A DNA stretch of 64,000 nt from Nitrospiraceae bacterium. Its GTDB lineage: Bacteria > Nitrospirota > Nitrospiria > Nitrospirales > Nitrospiraceae. Positions 9,709 to 20,330 of the stretch are shown here, piece after piece. The notes beneath the pieces are model-generated. The model did not search any database and was not told the origin of the DNA. It saw only the letters and a program-made list of their open reading frames with translations. The stretch covers positions 32,001 to 96,000 of the forward strand of contig JBFWWG010000010.1 of the NCBI GenBank assembly GCA_050246315.1, read 5' to 3'. Numbering within the stretch: the first letter of the stretch is position 1; the number at the start of each line of letters is the position of its first letter. A program made the position numbers and the translations under genes.

Positions 9709-10605
9709 ATGATTGATTCAACCAAACCGCAATCGCGCCCGTCCGATCACGTTCTCGCCTTGACCGGCGAAGCTCGAAAACTCCAAACCCGCCTGTGCCG
9801 GCTGACCGGGCAAGCCATCGCCGATTACGGCATGATCGACGAGGGCGACACTATCATGGTCTGCCTGTCCGGCGGCAAGGACAGTTACGGGTTGCTGGAC
9901 ATCCTCCTGCTCCTACAAAGCCGGGCGCCGATCCGCTACAGCATCGTCGCGGTGAATCTAGATCAGAAACAGCCTGGGTTTCCCGCTCATGTCTTGCCCG
10001 AGTACCTGACCAAACTAGGCGTTCCCTTTCGCATCGAGACACGCGACACCTATTCGACGGTCAAACGCGTGATCCCCGAAGGCGACACGATGTGTTCTCT
10101 CTGCTCGCGACTGCGGCGTGCCATTCTTTATCAGGTCGCCACGGAGATTGGGGCGACGAAGATTGCCCTCGGCCACCATCGGGACGACCTCCTGGAAACG
10201 TTCATCCTGAATATGCTGTACAACGGCACGCTCAAGACCATGCCGCCCAAGCTCCGCTCGGACGACGGACGTCACGTCGTGATTCGACCGTTGGCTTATG
10301 TCCTGGAATCAGACCTCGCCGCCTATGCCGAAACCCGAAAATTCCCCATAATCCCCTGCGACCTCTGCGGTTCCCAAGAGCATCTCAAGCGGAAAGTCGT
10401 GAAGGCCATGTTGCGGACCTGGAACCAGGAGTCGCCCGGCTGCTTGGACAGCATGCTTGCGGCGCTAGGCAATGTCGTCCCCTCGCACCTCATGGATCGC
10501 GCCCTGTACGATTTTCAGACGCTGGAACCTGAGCATGACCCAGGCCGGCCGTCCGGGGCGATTCACCCACCCTCGCTCCTATCGTTGAAGTCATCGATGC
10601 GTTAA
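9709..10605 (+). CDS. ttcA: tRNA 2-thiocytidine(32) synthetase
   Basis: SGGKDS PP-loop, [26 protein letters not shown]. Confidence 0.95.
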   Translation: MIDSTKPQSRPSDHVLALTGEARKLQTRLCRLTGQAIADYGMIDEGDTIMVCLSGGKDSYGLLDILLLLQSRAPIRYSIVAVNLDQKQPGFPAHVLPEYLTKLGVPFRIETRDTYSTVKRVIPEGDTMCSLCSRLRRAILYQVATEIGATKIALGHHRDDLLETFILNMLYNGTLKTMPPKLRSDDGRHVVIRPLAYVLESDLAAYAETRKFPIIPCDLCGSQEHLKRKVVKAMLRTWNQESPGCLDSMLAALGNVVPSHLMDRALYDFQTLEPEHDPGRPSGAIHPPSLLSLKSSMR

Positions 10606-10714
10606 CTCTGGCCCGATGACCGGGTCATCAAGACGACGCGGGCGCTGTCCCTCCCTGAGCAGGGAGAAACAGCGCCCGCACGGACGGCCCAGCCGACTTC
10701 TGGGTCAGAACCGG

Positions 10715-11089
10715 TTACATCGAGGTCGCTTTTTCGTACTGAACGGCCAGGAGCTTCAACATGTCGTCTACGCTCTCCCGCATCTCCGCGCCCCACTTCG
10801 AGCCATCCGGTTTGTTTTGCACCTTGTAGATTTCGCGGGCAACGTTATCTCGCGTCATGATGAGGTCCGAAACGACGGCGAAGTTCTTTTGATCCCCTTT
10901 CAGCTTGCCGATCACCTGGTCGACCTTGGCAAGAATTTCATCGACCTTGGCCTTGTAGGCGGCTGGATCCTTCGGAAGCCCTTCCACGTTGATCGAATCC
11001 GCCCAACTGACCGTGGCACCCATCCAGACGGTAGAAGCCATCACCACCGCCAAGATCATCCCTGCCTGGCCAAACATCCGCTTTCCCAT
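10715..11089 (-). CDS. Small secreted helical hypothetical protein
   Basis: RBS GGAGGA, signal peptide ending SWA-D, amphipathic helices. Confidence 0.75.
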   Translation of the reverse strand: MGKRMFGQAGMILAVVMASTVWMGATVSWADSINVEGLPKDPAAYKAKVDEILAKVDQVIGKLKGDQKNFAVVSDLIMTRDNVAREIYKVQNKPDGSKWGAEMRESVDDMLKLLAVQYEKATSM

Positions 11090-11260
11090 GCAATCCTCCT
11101 TTCGATTACCCCTTTCAATAATTCGCAACCACAAGATGATCATGATCGACCACGCCGATTCATCGCGTGTCCATGAACGCAGACGAGCACCCCTCTCGGC
11201 AACCGGCGTCTATATCGCAACTAACCCCCAAAAGGCAAGCCCCGATCGAAGCGGCGCCGG

Positions 11261-11812
11261 CTAGGCTCCAGTCTTCAGTCGGTCGGCGAATTTCGTTCGG
11301 AACTTGGCGATCTTCGGCCCAACCACGTAGGTGCAGTAGGGTTGAGAGGGATTCCGGGCAAAGTATTCCTGGTGATAGGCCTCGGCCAGGTAGAAGGGGC
11401 CGGCCGGGACCACCTCGGTGACAATCGGATCGTTATAGAGCCGTTCGGCGGTCAGGGCTGCGATCACCTCCGACGCGACGGACTTCTGCTCGGGCGAGTG
11501 ATAGAAGATCACCGATCGGTATTGAGTCCCGACGTCATTGCCCTGCCGGTTGAGGGTCGTGGGGTCGTGGAGCACGAAGAAGATCTCCAGCAATTCGCGG
11601 AAGGAAACAACGGAGGGATCGAACCGGATCTGCACGACCTCCGCATGGCCGGTCCGTCCCAGACAGACCGCTTCATAGGTTGGACGTTCGACTTGCCCGC
11701 CCATGTAGCCGGACTCGACCGAGGAAACGCCTTTCACTCGGTCATAGACGGCCTCCAGGCACCAGAAACAACCGCCGGCGAGCGTCGCAACTTCTTGGCT
11801 TGCTGTGGACAT
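11261..11812 (-). CDS. msrA: Peptide-methionine (S)-S-oxide reductase
   Basis: GGCFWC, HDPTTLNRQGNDVGTQYRS, AEAYHQ. Confidence 0.97.
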   Translation of the reverse strand: MSTASQEVATLAGGCFWCLEAVYDRVKGVSSVESGYMGGQVERPTYEAVCLGRTGHAEVVQIRFDPSVVSFRELLEIFFVLHDPTTLNRQGNDVGTQYRSVIFYHSPEQKSVASEVIAALTAERLYNDPIVTEVVPAGPFYLAEAYHQEYFARNPSQPYCTYVVGPKIAKFRTKFADRLKTGA

Positions 11813-11953
11813 GATCCGTTCCGGTGTTCCGTCTGTTTCCCTCGGCTTGCCTGATGGCCCTCCGTCTCAGCACTGCGGAGTTTCGACGGGAACCTTACAC
11901 GACCGTGGAGCGAGATGTACAGGGCTCCTCCCGAACAGGGCGTGCAGACTTCA

Positions 11954-14500
11954 TTACGGACGGGGCTCTCGTTCGCCGGGACGTTTGGCTCGGCTGGTCG
12001 GCACCGCGCTCAGCGGGTCTTCGGGCCAATGGTGCTTCGGATAGCGCCCACGCAGTTCTTTTCGGACCTCGACATAAGATGTCGTCCAAAAGCCGGCGAG
12101 ATCGTTGGTGACCTGAACCGGCCGACCGGCCGGCGACAAGAGATGAATCGTGATGGAGACTTTCCCATCGGCGACTCTGGGCGTCTCTCGGCAGCCGAAT
12201 AGTTCCTGCAACCGCACCGCCAACACAGGCCGCTCGTTTGATTCATAGTCCAGGCGCACGCGCGAGCCGGTGGGGACCGCCATATGGGTCGGCGCGAGCC
12301 GATCCAACCGTCGCTGTTGCTCCCTGGTGAGCAGGCTATGGAGCGGCCCGGCAAGATCGAGTCGTTGCACCTGATCCCATCGCGTGAGCCCGTCCAGCCA
12401 TGGCCCTAGCCAGATAGCCAATCGATCAGACAGGGCTTCGTCGGAGACATCCGGCCAGTCGGATTTCGGCCCAGAGATCCGACGGAGCAACGCCACGCGC
12501 GCACGCCATTGATGGAGGTCCTTGGTCCAGGGCAGGCTCGACACGCCGGCTCGACGGATGGCGTCGACCAGCGCCTGACTAACCTGTTCCGGATCTGGAT
12601 CAGGCAACCCCTGATCGGAGAGCACCAAGGAACCCAACTGTCGTTGGCGGCGTGCCTGAACGACCTTTCGCCGTTCGTCCCATCGGATGAAATCGGCGGT
12701 CTGAATGAGCGGAGCGCAGGACGATTCAAGCTCATCCAACCGGACCGGCGCGGCCAAGTCGATGCGCGCCCATTGGCCGGTCCCGTCGAGACCGGCGATC
12801 ACCAAGTACTCCTCGGTCGCGAGCCCATCCGGAGAGGAAAACTGAGCACCCCGGCCGTTGGCCAGGAGATATCGGCCATCGCCGCCAGCCTGACGCTGTG
12901 CGATCCGGTCCGGATAGGCGAGCGCCACCAGCGCACCAAGCGAGCCGATCTGCGATGCCTTGGATACCGTGCGTGCCCTGGACTCATGTGCCTCCGCCAG
13001 TTGTCGCCGCAGCGACACGGCGGCTCGATGAATCCGATGGCCGAGTGTCCGATCATACCGGGCAGGGCCAGCTGGATCGTGGTCCTGTTCCAGCGCGTCC
13101 AACCGAAGACGCAAATCGGCATTGCGCCAGCCGCTTGGCCCTCGCAGAAGGTCGCGCTCGCTGAGCAAGGCCGCCACGTCGCAAGCCAGACTCCCGGCCC
13201 CCTGCTCCCAGGCGCGTTGTACCATGTGAGCCAGCCGTGGATGCAGCGGCAACTCCGCCATGCGCCGGCCATGCTGCGTCACTTTCCCCTTCCCATCGAG
13301 CCCGCCCAGTTGGATCAACAGGCTGCGAGCCTGGGTCGTCGCCCCCGTTGGAGGTGGATCGAGCCATGACAGTTCTCCCGGATCGTCTGTCCCCCACAGG
13401 GCCAATTCGAGGACCAGCGGAGCCAAGTCCGATTCGAGTATTTCCGGGGGACGCCGCGGCAGGAGCAGCTGTTGATCCGCTTCGGTCCATAAGCGATAAC
13501 AGACCCCGGGCTCCAATCGCCCGGCTCGGCCGCGCCGTTGTTCGGCCGAGTCTTGGGTCACACGGATCGTATCCAGACGTGTCAGTCCGGAGCGGGGGTC
13601 GTACCGCGGGATTCTCAAGAGTCCCGCATCGACCACAACCCGCACCCCTTCGATCGTCAAACTGGTCTCGGCGATCGAGGTGGTCAACACGACCTTGCGC
13701 CTACCGGGGCGGGGCGGGGCGATCGCCAGATCCTGCGCCTCCTGCGGCAAATCGCCATGCAACGGTGTAATGGTGATCGACTGGTCGAGGGGTGTCTCCT
13801 GCAAGCGACGCTCGACGCGACGGATCTCTGCCATGCCGGGAAGAAACACCAGGACGCTGCCGCTGTCCTGTCGGAGCGCGCGCCGGACGGTCTGTGCCAC
13901 CACTTGGTCCAGCGGAATCGAGATCCGTTGATCGAGATAGCAGGTTTCAACCGGATAACCCCGTCCTTTGCAGGAAATGATCGGTGCTTGGCCCAACAGA
14001 TCGGACAGCGCCGCAAAGTCCAACGTCGCCGACATGACGACTAGACGGAGGTCCGGTCGGAACAACCGTTGCGATTCCAATGTCAAGGCCAACCCGAGAT
14101 CGGCCTGAAGACTCCGCTCGTGGAACTCGTCGAAGAGCACGGCTCCGTATCCGGCGAGCGAGGGATCGTGCTGGAGCAGCCTGGTCAGAATGCCCTCCGT
14201 CACGACTTCGATCCTGGTTGTCCCTCCGACGTTCGTATCAAGACGGGTGCGATACCCGACCGTCATGCCAACGGCCTCTCCAAGAAGCCGCGCCATGTAA
14301 TGAGCCGCCGCCCTAGCGGCGAGGCGGCGGTGCTCCAGCAGCAGCAGCTTCTGTCCTTCCATCCAACCGGTCTTCAGCAAGGCCAACGGGACGCGGGTCG
14401 TCTTCCCGACCCCTGGCTCGGCCGTCAAGAGCACGGACCTCCGACGTTCGAGCGTGTTGCAGAGTTCGGGCAGGATCTGTTCGATCGGAAGGTTGGTCAT
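11954..14500 (-). CDS. hrpB: ATP-dependent RNA helicase HrpB
   Basis: GKTT, DEFHER, SAT, QRRGRAGR, C-terminal LLSPAGRPVQVT...GRYPKHHWP. Confidence 0.95.
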   Translation of the reverse strand: MTNLPIEQILPELCNTLERRRSVLLTAEPGVGKTTRVPLALLKTGWMEGQKLLLLEHRRLAARAAAHYMARLLGEAVGMTVGYRTRLDTNVGGTTRIEVVTEGILTRLLQHDPSLAGYGAVLFDEFHERSLQADLGLALTLESQRLFRPDLRLVVMSATLDFAALSDLLGQAPIISCKGRGYPVETCYLDQRISIPLDQVVAQTVRRALRQDSGSVLVFLPGMAEIRRVERRLQETPLDQSITITPLHGDLPQEAQDLAIAPPRPGRRKVVLTTSIAETSLTIEGVRVVVDAGLLRIPRYDPRSGLTRLDTIRVTQDSAEQRRGRAGRLEPGVCYRLWTEADQQLLLPRRPPEILESDLAPLVLELALWGTDDPGELSWLDPPPTGATTQARSLLIQLGGLDGKGKVTQHGRRMAELPLHPRLAHMVQRAWEQGAGSLACDVAALLSERDLLRGPSGWRNADLRLRLDALEQDHDPAGPARYDRTLGHRIHRAAVSLRRQLAEAHESRARTVSKASQIGSLGALVALAYPDRIAQRQAGGDGRYLLANGRGAQFSSPDGLATEEYLVIAGLDGTGQWARIDLAAPVRLDELESSCAPLIQTADFIRWDERRKVVQARRQRQLGSLVLSDQGLPDPDPEQVSQALVDAIRRAGVSSLPWTKDLHQWRARVALLRRISGPKSDWPDVSDEALSDRLAIWLGPWLDGLTRWDQVQRLDLAGPLHSLLTREQQRRLDRLAPTHMAVPTGSRVRLDYESNERPVLAVRLQELFGCRETPRVADGKVSITIHLLSPAGRPVQVTNDLAGFWTTSYVEVRKELRGRYPKHHWPEDPLSAVPTSRAKRPGEREPRP

Positions 14501-14644
14501 GACTCGCACGCCGCATGCCGGGTTGGTCCGATGACTGTATCAGAAACAGATTGTGGAAACCGACAGAGAGAGACCGCCAATTGATAGGACAGAAAGACGG
14601 CGACCCCGTCGATGCCGGAGGCGAATCAGGGTATAATTCGCTCC

Positions 14645-14881
14645 ATGCCGTCGAGAAAACAGACTAGCCGAGTCAGCCAGCTCAGCCAGCTAAGATGGAC
14701 CAGCGGGAAGCCGATCCAACCAGGTTGGTATTGGTATCGGGGCCTGATTGATGAAGCCGATCCCTTGATCGTGCTAGTGGATGAAGCCGGGTATTTCCAG
14801 TGGCCCGATGGAGCGTTCGAGGATGTCAGACAGACCGATGGGCAATGGGCCGGTCCCATCGCTCTGCCCAGCGAAACCTAA
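14645..14881 (+). CDS. Small Trp-rich hypothetical protein
   Basis: Intergenic ORF with PIQPGWYWYR...GQWAGPI. Confidence 0.6.
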   Translation: MPSRKQTSRVSQLSQLRWTSGKPIQPGWYWYRGLIDEADPLIVLVDEAGYFQWPDGAFEDVRQTDGQWAGPIALPSET

Positions 14882-14887
14882 CCAGCC

Positions 14888-15496
14888 TCACCCCGCTACC
14901 GACTGACCCTTCGGAACAGGTTCGCCGGACTCCGGGGAGAGTCCGAGCGTTTCGAACCTCTGTTTCAGCGAGGCGAGAATGGCGCTACGAAGCCCATCGC
15001 GATAGCGCGCGAATGACTCATCTCCGAGGTACCGGTCGAGGGTTCGCGGGAGACGCTTCCACCACGCTTGGGCCGCATTCCTCGCGCAGCGGGCGCCCCC
15101 CTCTCCACCGGAGAGGAGCGCTCTGACCTGCCGCTCAAAAAATCCGACGTGCGCCTCCTCGTCCGTGAGGATTTCGGCCATGTCCGGCCGGATTGTGACC
15201 AGCAAGGTTGCGAACTCAAGACCCAATGCCTCATACCCGTACAAGTGGACAGCCAAGGCGCACCACTGCTCAGGCACCCTCGGCAGGCGCTCCCGTTTCG
15301 ATGACTGAGCGCCCACCAGCTCCTCGAACTGCCGCAGGTGCCGTCGCTCATCCTGCTCATGTCGCTTAAGGAAATTCATGACGGAGGTGGACAGCGTTTG
15401 CCTCTGCGCGGCCTGGACCGCCCACATCGCCATGGCTTCGGCCCGAAGGAACCGCTCCAACAAGGCACGTTCGCAGCTCTGAGGCAACAAGATCAT
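14888..15496 (-). CDS. Ferritin-like di-iron domain protein
   Basis: E...DERRH and E...DEEAH motifs in helical protein; ATGA overlap with upstream gene. Confidence 0.7.
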   Translation of the reverse strand: MILLPQSCERALLERFLRAEAMAMWAVQAAQRQTLSTSVMNFLKRHEQDERRHLRQFEELVGAQSSKRERLPRVPEQWCALAVHLYGYEALGLEFATLLVTIRPDMAEILTDEEAHVGFFERQVRALLSGGEGGARCARNAAQAWWKRLPRTLDRYLGDESFARYRDGLRSAILASLKQRFETLGLSPESGEPVPKGQSVAG

Positions 15497-16248
15497 GGCG
15501 TGATCGGTTTCTCTGCGCAGACAATCAGCACCGCAGTCAACGCATCCTCACGGGAATAGCGATGAAGATACGACAGTTCGGAAAGGACCTGCTCGATGTC
15601 CGGGCTTTCCACCCCTCGCCATTCACGAATCGCGAATCCCGCCTCGCTCAGGATCGCCCGCCAGTCGGACGATCGCAGACGGTTCACGTACGAACTTCGA
15701 TTCCATTTCATCAGGTTCCATAGCCAGTCTGGATATCGCAAACAATCAAAAAGGCGGCTCCTGTCCCCGGAGGGATAGACGCCATGATCGGCCAAGTCGA
15801 TCTGCGCAATCAAGAGGCCTCCCGGACGCAACACTCGCGCGCATTCGCGGAGCACCAGCGCTGGATATCGCAAATGCTCAAACGCATTGTGTGACCAGAT
15901 CAGGTCGTACCGTGCGGAAGGCAAGGGGATCTCTCGCCCCTCGTACAGCACGTAGTCAAGTCCACTCCTCGAGGCCTCCTCCATCGAACAATAGGCGACC
16001 ACGTCAAGCGCCGTACAGCTTCGAGCCCCGGCCGTCTTCGCCAGGTGCAGAACTTCCAACGTGTGGCCCGGGCCGATTTCAAGGATGTCGCGTCCCTCCA
16101 CCGATGCAAACGACCGGTAGAAGTCGTAGACACGACGAGCCTCCCTCAGGTCGCCGTTCAATCCGGTCGAGTGAAGGCGCTGAGCGGCCCGGGCCAGGGG
16201 TGCAATCCCCATCAGCAGGTTTTGAGCAATCTCGCGCGCAATCCCCAT
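15493..16248 (-). CDS. Class I SAM-dependent methyltransferase
   Basis: ILEIGPG, YDLIWS, FEH, RVLRPGG. Confidence 0.88.
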   Translation of the reverse strand: MGIAREIAQNLLMGIAPLARAAQRLHSTGLNGDLREARRVYDFYRSFASVEGRDILEIGPGHTLEVLHLAKTAGARSCTALDVVAYCSMEEASRSGLDYVLYEGREIPLPSARYDLIWSHNAFEHLRYPALVLRECARVLRPGGLLIAQIDLADHGVYPSGDRSRLFDCLRYPDWLWNLMKWNRSSYVNRLRSSDWRAILSEAGFAIREWRGVESPDIEQVLSELSYLHRYSREDALTAVLIVCAEKPITP

Positions 16249-16845
16249 TTCGGATCTTGCTCGGCTCCTACCCAGAACTCGTCCCGGTCTGCTCGGATAG
16301 ATTGACAGGACACTACAATCATGAAATCAGGGATTGCGCAAGGGAAGCGTGCCAAGGTGAAACGCAGGCGATCGGGTCCTTGTGGCGGTTGAGGGCAGGG
16401 ACCTCGATTGCCGGATCTTTAACCCCAAGGCGTCGTGGAACGCGATCGGCGCGGCTTGACGATCATTCGTGCAGGGGTGATAGGCATCGGTCGAAACAAA
16501 AGGCCCCGTGGCGGAAACGTCCACAACCTCGAGACCTTCGTCGTACCGAGGGCGAGAGGAACATTCCCCACACCCCATTCCGTGGAAGTCGCTCCCAGAA
16601 CAGCCTCCTCGGCATCATGCCCACATGAGAGGAGCAGCCTCGATACTGTTCGCCATATGTTCGCGATTGACACAAGTCCAGGCACTCACGAGAGAAAACG
16701 AAAATGGGCATGACCGCCTCGCCTCACCCTGTAGGCTCCGACACACAATCGGCCAGCGGACAGCCGATGCACCAGTCTTAGACAAACTAGATCCTGGCAG
16801 CAACAGCCTCATTTTGCCTCAAGTCAAATGTTAGAATTTGCCACC

Positions 16846-17028
16846 ATGCCCTGCCCGATTTGCAAAACTCCTGTCACCTGGCAGGACAACCCCGCTCGGC
16901 CCTTCTGTTCCAAACGGTGCAAACTCATCGACCTGGGCCGATGGGCCTCCGGGCAGTACCGAATTCCTGGTCAAAAGCTCGCGTCGTCTCCACCCGAATC
17001 CAGTCCGACAGGGCAGAAACCGGAGTGA
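16846..17028 (+). CDS. yacG: DNA gyrase inhibitor YacG
   Basis: CPIC...[16 protein letters not shown]...YRIP. Confidence 0.93.
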   Translation: MPCPICKTPVTWQDNPARPFCSKRCKLIDLGRWASGQYRIPGQKLASSPPESSPTGQKPE

Positions 17029-17111
17029 ACGGGTTTGCCGGCTGCACGACGATCCGCGGACTTCCATGACACTATTAATGTACTTGAATCGTCAGATCCT
17101 GGCACACGTGG

Positions 17112-18011
17112 TCACGGCTTCGGCAGACCGAGGACAGTGGCTACCAACCAATCATGGACCCGGTCTCCGAGCAGGCGCTTGACCGCGGCCCTGATCTTGG
17201 CATCCGTCCCGACAAGATAGCGAACGCGAGGACGAACCGCAGTCAGTGCATGGGCCACAACCTTTGCAACTGCCTCGGCCGGGATGGCGCGCCTCTCCGC
17301 ATCCTTGGCGTGGCCGGCCAAACCCTGGGTCAATGGATCGTAGAGTGCGACCAGATCGTGATCGGCCGAGGCTCGAATGGATTCGGCCAAGGCAGTTGAC
17401 TTGCTCCAGATCGGAGTAGCAATAGAACCCGGCTCCACCAGGGAGACCAGGATCCCCCAGGCCCTGAGCTCAAGGCGAAGCGCATCCGTCATGGCCTCCA
17501 GGGCGAATTTGGAGGCTCCATAGAGCCCCAGAAACGGCAGGGTTTCCAAGCCGGCAATCGACGACATATTGACGATACGGCCCCGTCCTTTGCGCAACAA
17601 GGGAAGAAATGCCTGTATGACCGCGATCTGTCCGATGACATTCACTTCGAACTGTTTGCGGACGAAATTCAACGGCACCGTTTCGATTGGGCCAGGCACA
17701 GCGATCCCCGCGTTGTTGATCAGTCCAGCCAAACCGAGGTCCCCGATCGCCTCAGAGACCGTCCGTACCGCGGCCGCGATCGAATCTCGATCCGTCACAT
17801 CGAGCCGCAGAGCTGTGAGCCGTGGAGAGGCCTTGGCCTGCAAGGCCACCCCATCTCGCTCGTCTCTCACTCCCGCAAAAAGTCGGAACCCGAGCCGATC
17901 AAGGTGAATCGCGCAAGCCTCTCCGATTCCGCTGGAAGCCCCCGTGATTACGATTCCTGTCGGCTGAGTCGACGCTGACCCTCCCGCCCTCATCTCCACC
18001 TTCATGACCAC
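17112..18011 (-). CDS. Short-chain dehydrogenase/reductase
   Basis: TGASSGIG, NNAG, YGASK; start uncertain. Confidence 0.92.
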   Translation of the reverse strand: MVMKVEMRAGGSASTQPTGIVITGASSGIGEACAIHLDRLGFRLFAGVRDERDGVALQAKASPRLTALRLDVTDRDSIAAAVRTVSEAIGDLGLAGLINNAGIAVPGPIETVPLNFVRKQFEVNVIGQIAVIQAFLPLLRKGRGRIVNMSSIAGLETLPFLGLYGASKFALEAMTDALRLELRAWGILVSLVEPGSIATPIWSKSTALAESIRASADHDLVALYDPLTQGLAGHAKDAERRAIPAEAVAKVVAHALTAVRPRVRYLVGTDAKIRAAVKRLLGDRVHDWLVATVLGLPKP

Positions 18012-18743
18012 ACGGCCTCCAGAAGTTCACCAGGAACGGTACCACGACCCTTCTTCGGAAGATACCGCTTCCTCGACCGAGATGAACGAATCCTCTTCCG
18101 CGCAACAGGCTTTCGTTGTCATGAGGTGAATGACGCGTGGTCGATTATCGCAAGAATCGGCGGACCTCGACGGTCTCGGAATCTTGTCATCGCTACGGCC
18201 GGCTCTTGGACCCTGAAGCAATTCAGGACCGAATCTGACCGAGTGGCTGGCAGGAATCGTACGGATCCGGTGGTTTTGGCGTACCCTGTCCACAATCACC
18301 AGCGGCACGCAGCGGCCAGCTCAAGCGTCTCGATTGGTCGGCGTTGTAATCCAGAGCGTGGGTCGCCGCCGGACAGCTTCTCCACGGTCAGAGCACCTTC
18401 ATCAGAGTGCACTGGAAATTCGACCGTGTGTATAGCCCCAAGCCGCAACCGGCCGACCATGGGAGACCGGTTCGCTATCAGATGCCACCACTCCCCGGGC
18501 TCCCGTCACATACGCAGGGTGTCTTGCTCTTCATTCACCGCACCCAAGGCCTGCAGAGTCGGGCGCTCGACGACGGCTCCGACGTGTTCATTGATACCAG
18601 TCGCACCAGCATAAGCCTCTGACCTCTCATCCGGCGTTGCACAGATACGGGATGACGGGATATCGTGAAGCCGGAGGCCGCACCTTCTTGCTTGGTTCAA
18701 GTGCGTCCGGCACATGAGCGCTGCCGGAAAAGGAGCTCGCCCG

Positions 18744-20036
18744 ATGGCGTCAACCAGGTCCATGCCTTCACGCATCGTCATTGTCGGGGGCGGCTTCGGT
18801 GGCCTCGCGGCGGCACAAGGATTGGCACGGACACCGGTCGAGATCCTGATGATCGACCGGACCAACCACCACGTGTTTCAACCGTTGTTGTACCAGGTCG
18901 CCACAGCCGCATTATCCCCTGGGGACATCGCCTGGCCGCTACGGACCGCCCTGCGTGGCCAACAAAATCTCCGGCTGGTGATGGATGAGGTCGAAACGAT
19001 CGACCGCACGGCACACCAAGTCATCGTCAGGAACGGTCCTGCGATTCCTTTTGATACGTTGATTCTGGCTCCAGGGTCCCAGCCCTCTTACTTCGGACAT
19101 GACGAGTGGGCTGTTCATGCCCCGGGTCTGAAGACGTTGCCCGATGCCTTGGCGCTCCGTGAGCGGCTGCTGTTGGCCTTCGAAGAGGCGGATCACCGCC
19201 GAATGTTTGCAGCCCCCCACCCACTCACCTTCGTCATTGTCGGAGGAGGACCGACCGGCGTTGAACTGGCTGGCGCACTCGCCGAGATCGGACGCCGAGC
19301 GATGGCACCAGACTTCCCGACCTTGCGATGGGACGAGGTCCGCATTCTTCTGGTCGAAGGCGGGGAGCGACTGTTGCCGGGATTCAGTCCGAACCTGTCT
19401 GACAAGGCTACGATCGCGCTCCAACGCATGGGTGTCACGGTCATACTCAAGTCAACGGTTCATGATATACGCGATTCCGGCGTCATGGTCGGTGATCGAT
19501 TCATCGAACCGGCCTCTGTGATCTGGGCGGCGGGCAACCGAGCCTCCCTCCTCGTGGAAAGTCTTGGGAGCCTCCTGGACGGAACAGGGCGGGTCCTGGT
19601 GCGACCCGACCTGTCGATCCCAGGCGATCCGTGGATCTTCGTGATCGGCGATGCGGCCCACTGTCGCGGGATCGATGATCAGGCGCTCCCGGGACTCGCG
19701 CCAGTGGCAATGCAGCAGGGCCAATACGTCGCGGACCTGGTCCGCCGGCAATTGGAACCGGACCAACGGCCTCCCTTTGCCTATACGAACCGAGGTCTGC
19801 TCGCCACCATCGGACGCGCGAAGGCGGTCGCACAGTTCGGCTCCTGGCAATTGTCCGGCCTTCCTGCCTGGCTGATCTGGTGCATCGTCCATATCTTCTT
19901 TCTGATCAGCCTGCGCAACCGCTTTCGAGTCATGTCCGAGTGGATCTGGTATTATTTTACCTTCAAGCCAGGGGCTCGGCTCATCTACGGCGGGACGAAT
20001 CGACGTTCCGAGAGCGAGAGGTCGCACAGTCCATGA
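18744..20036 (+). CDS. ndh: Type II NADH dehydrogenase
   Basis: GGGFGG, FQPLLYQVAT, GGGPTGVELAG, WAAG, IGD, ATIGR. Confidence 0.9.
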   Translation: MASTRSMPSRIVIVGGGFGGLAAAQGLARTPVEILMIDRTNHHVFQPLLYQVATAALSPGDIAWPLRTALRGQQNLRLVMDEVETIDRTAHQVIVRNGPAIPFDTLILAPGSQPSYFGHDEWAVHAPGLKTLPDALALRERLLLAFEEADHRRMFAAPHPLTFVIVGGGPTGVELAGALAEIGRRAMAPDFPTLRWDEVRILLVEGGERLLPGFSPNLSDKATIALQRMGVTVILKSTVHDIRDSGVMVGDRFIEPASVIWAAGNRASLLVESLGSLLDGTGRVLVRPDLSIPGDPWIFVIGDAAHCRGIDDQALPGLAPVAMQQGQYVADLVRRQLEPDQRPPFAYTNRGLLATIGRAKAVAQFGSWQLSGLPAWLIWCIVHIFFLISLRNRFRVMSEWIWYYFTFKPGARLIYGGTNRRSESERSHSP

Positions 20037-20330
20037 CAGATCGACGTTTGCTCACTCGGGTCCGCACAGCGACGTGCGGAGACTCGGCTACAAGATTCTG
20101 GCCTATCCAGAAGATCCCGGTGGAATCATGATGAGCTCGCCGACATCCGCGAGCGTTCTACAGGGTTCGGGGAACCGATAATGAAGCCGGAACGGGGGAC
20201 GAGCAGTTCAAGCTCCAGTCCGATCCTCCGCTACGCGAAACTGGCGAGGATAAAGATGCCCGCCAAGAGGCTGTTCACGACAGGCGCGTGCCGGAGAATC
20301 GCAGGACAGGCCATGGATCGCAGGCCGAGT

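Noticed and set aside
14320..14345. HrpB motif Ia reads LEHRR rather than LEPRR
   Set aside because: Single substitution, possibly a sequencing error; all other motifs are intact.
16327..16711. Overlapping short minus-strand ORFs, possible frameshifted gene
   Set aside because: No recognisable motifs.
18002..18122. Short ORF MTTKACC... with TGA in frame with the SDR, and a thioredoxin-like string (PFLVNFWRPCG) in another frame
   Set aside because: No SECIS-like or Cys-alignment support for readthrough; at most a tiny remnant.
18200..18622. Protein-like plus-strand frame with an internal stop
   Set aside because: No family recognised; cannot be supported without a search.
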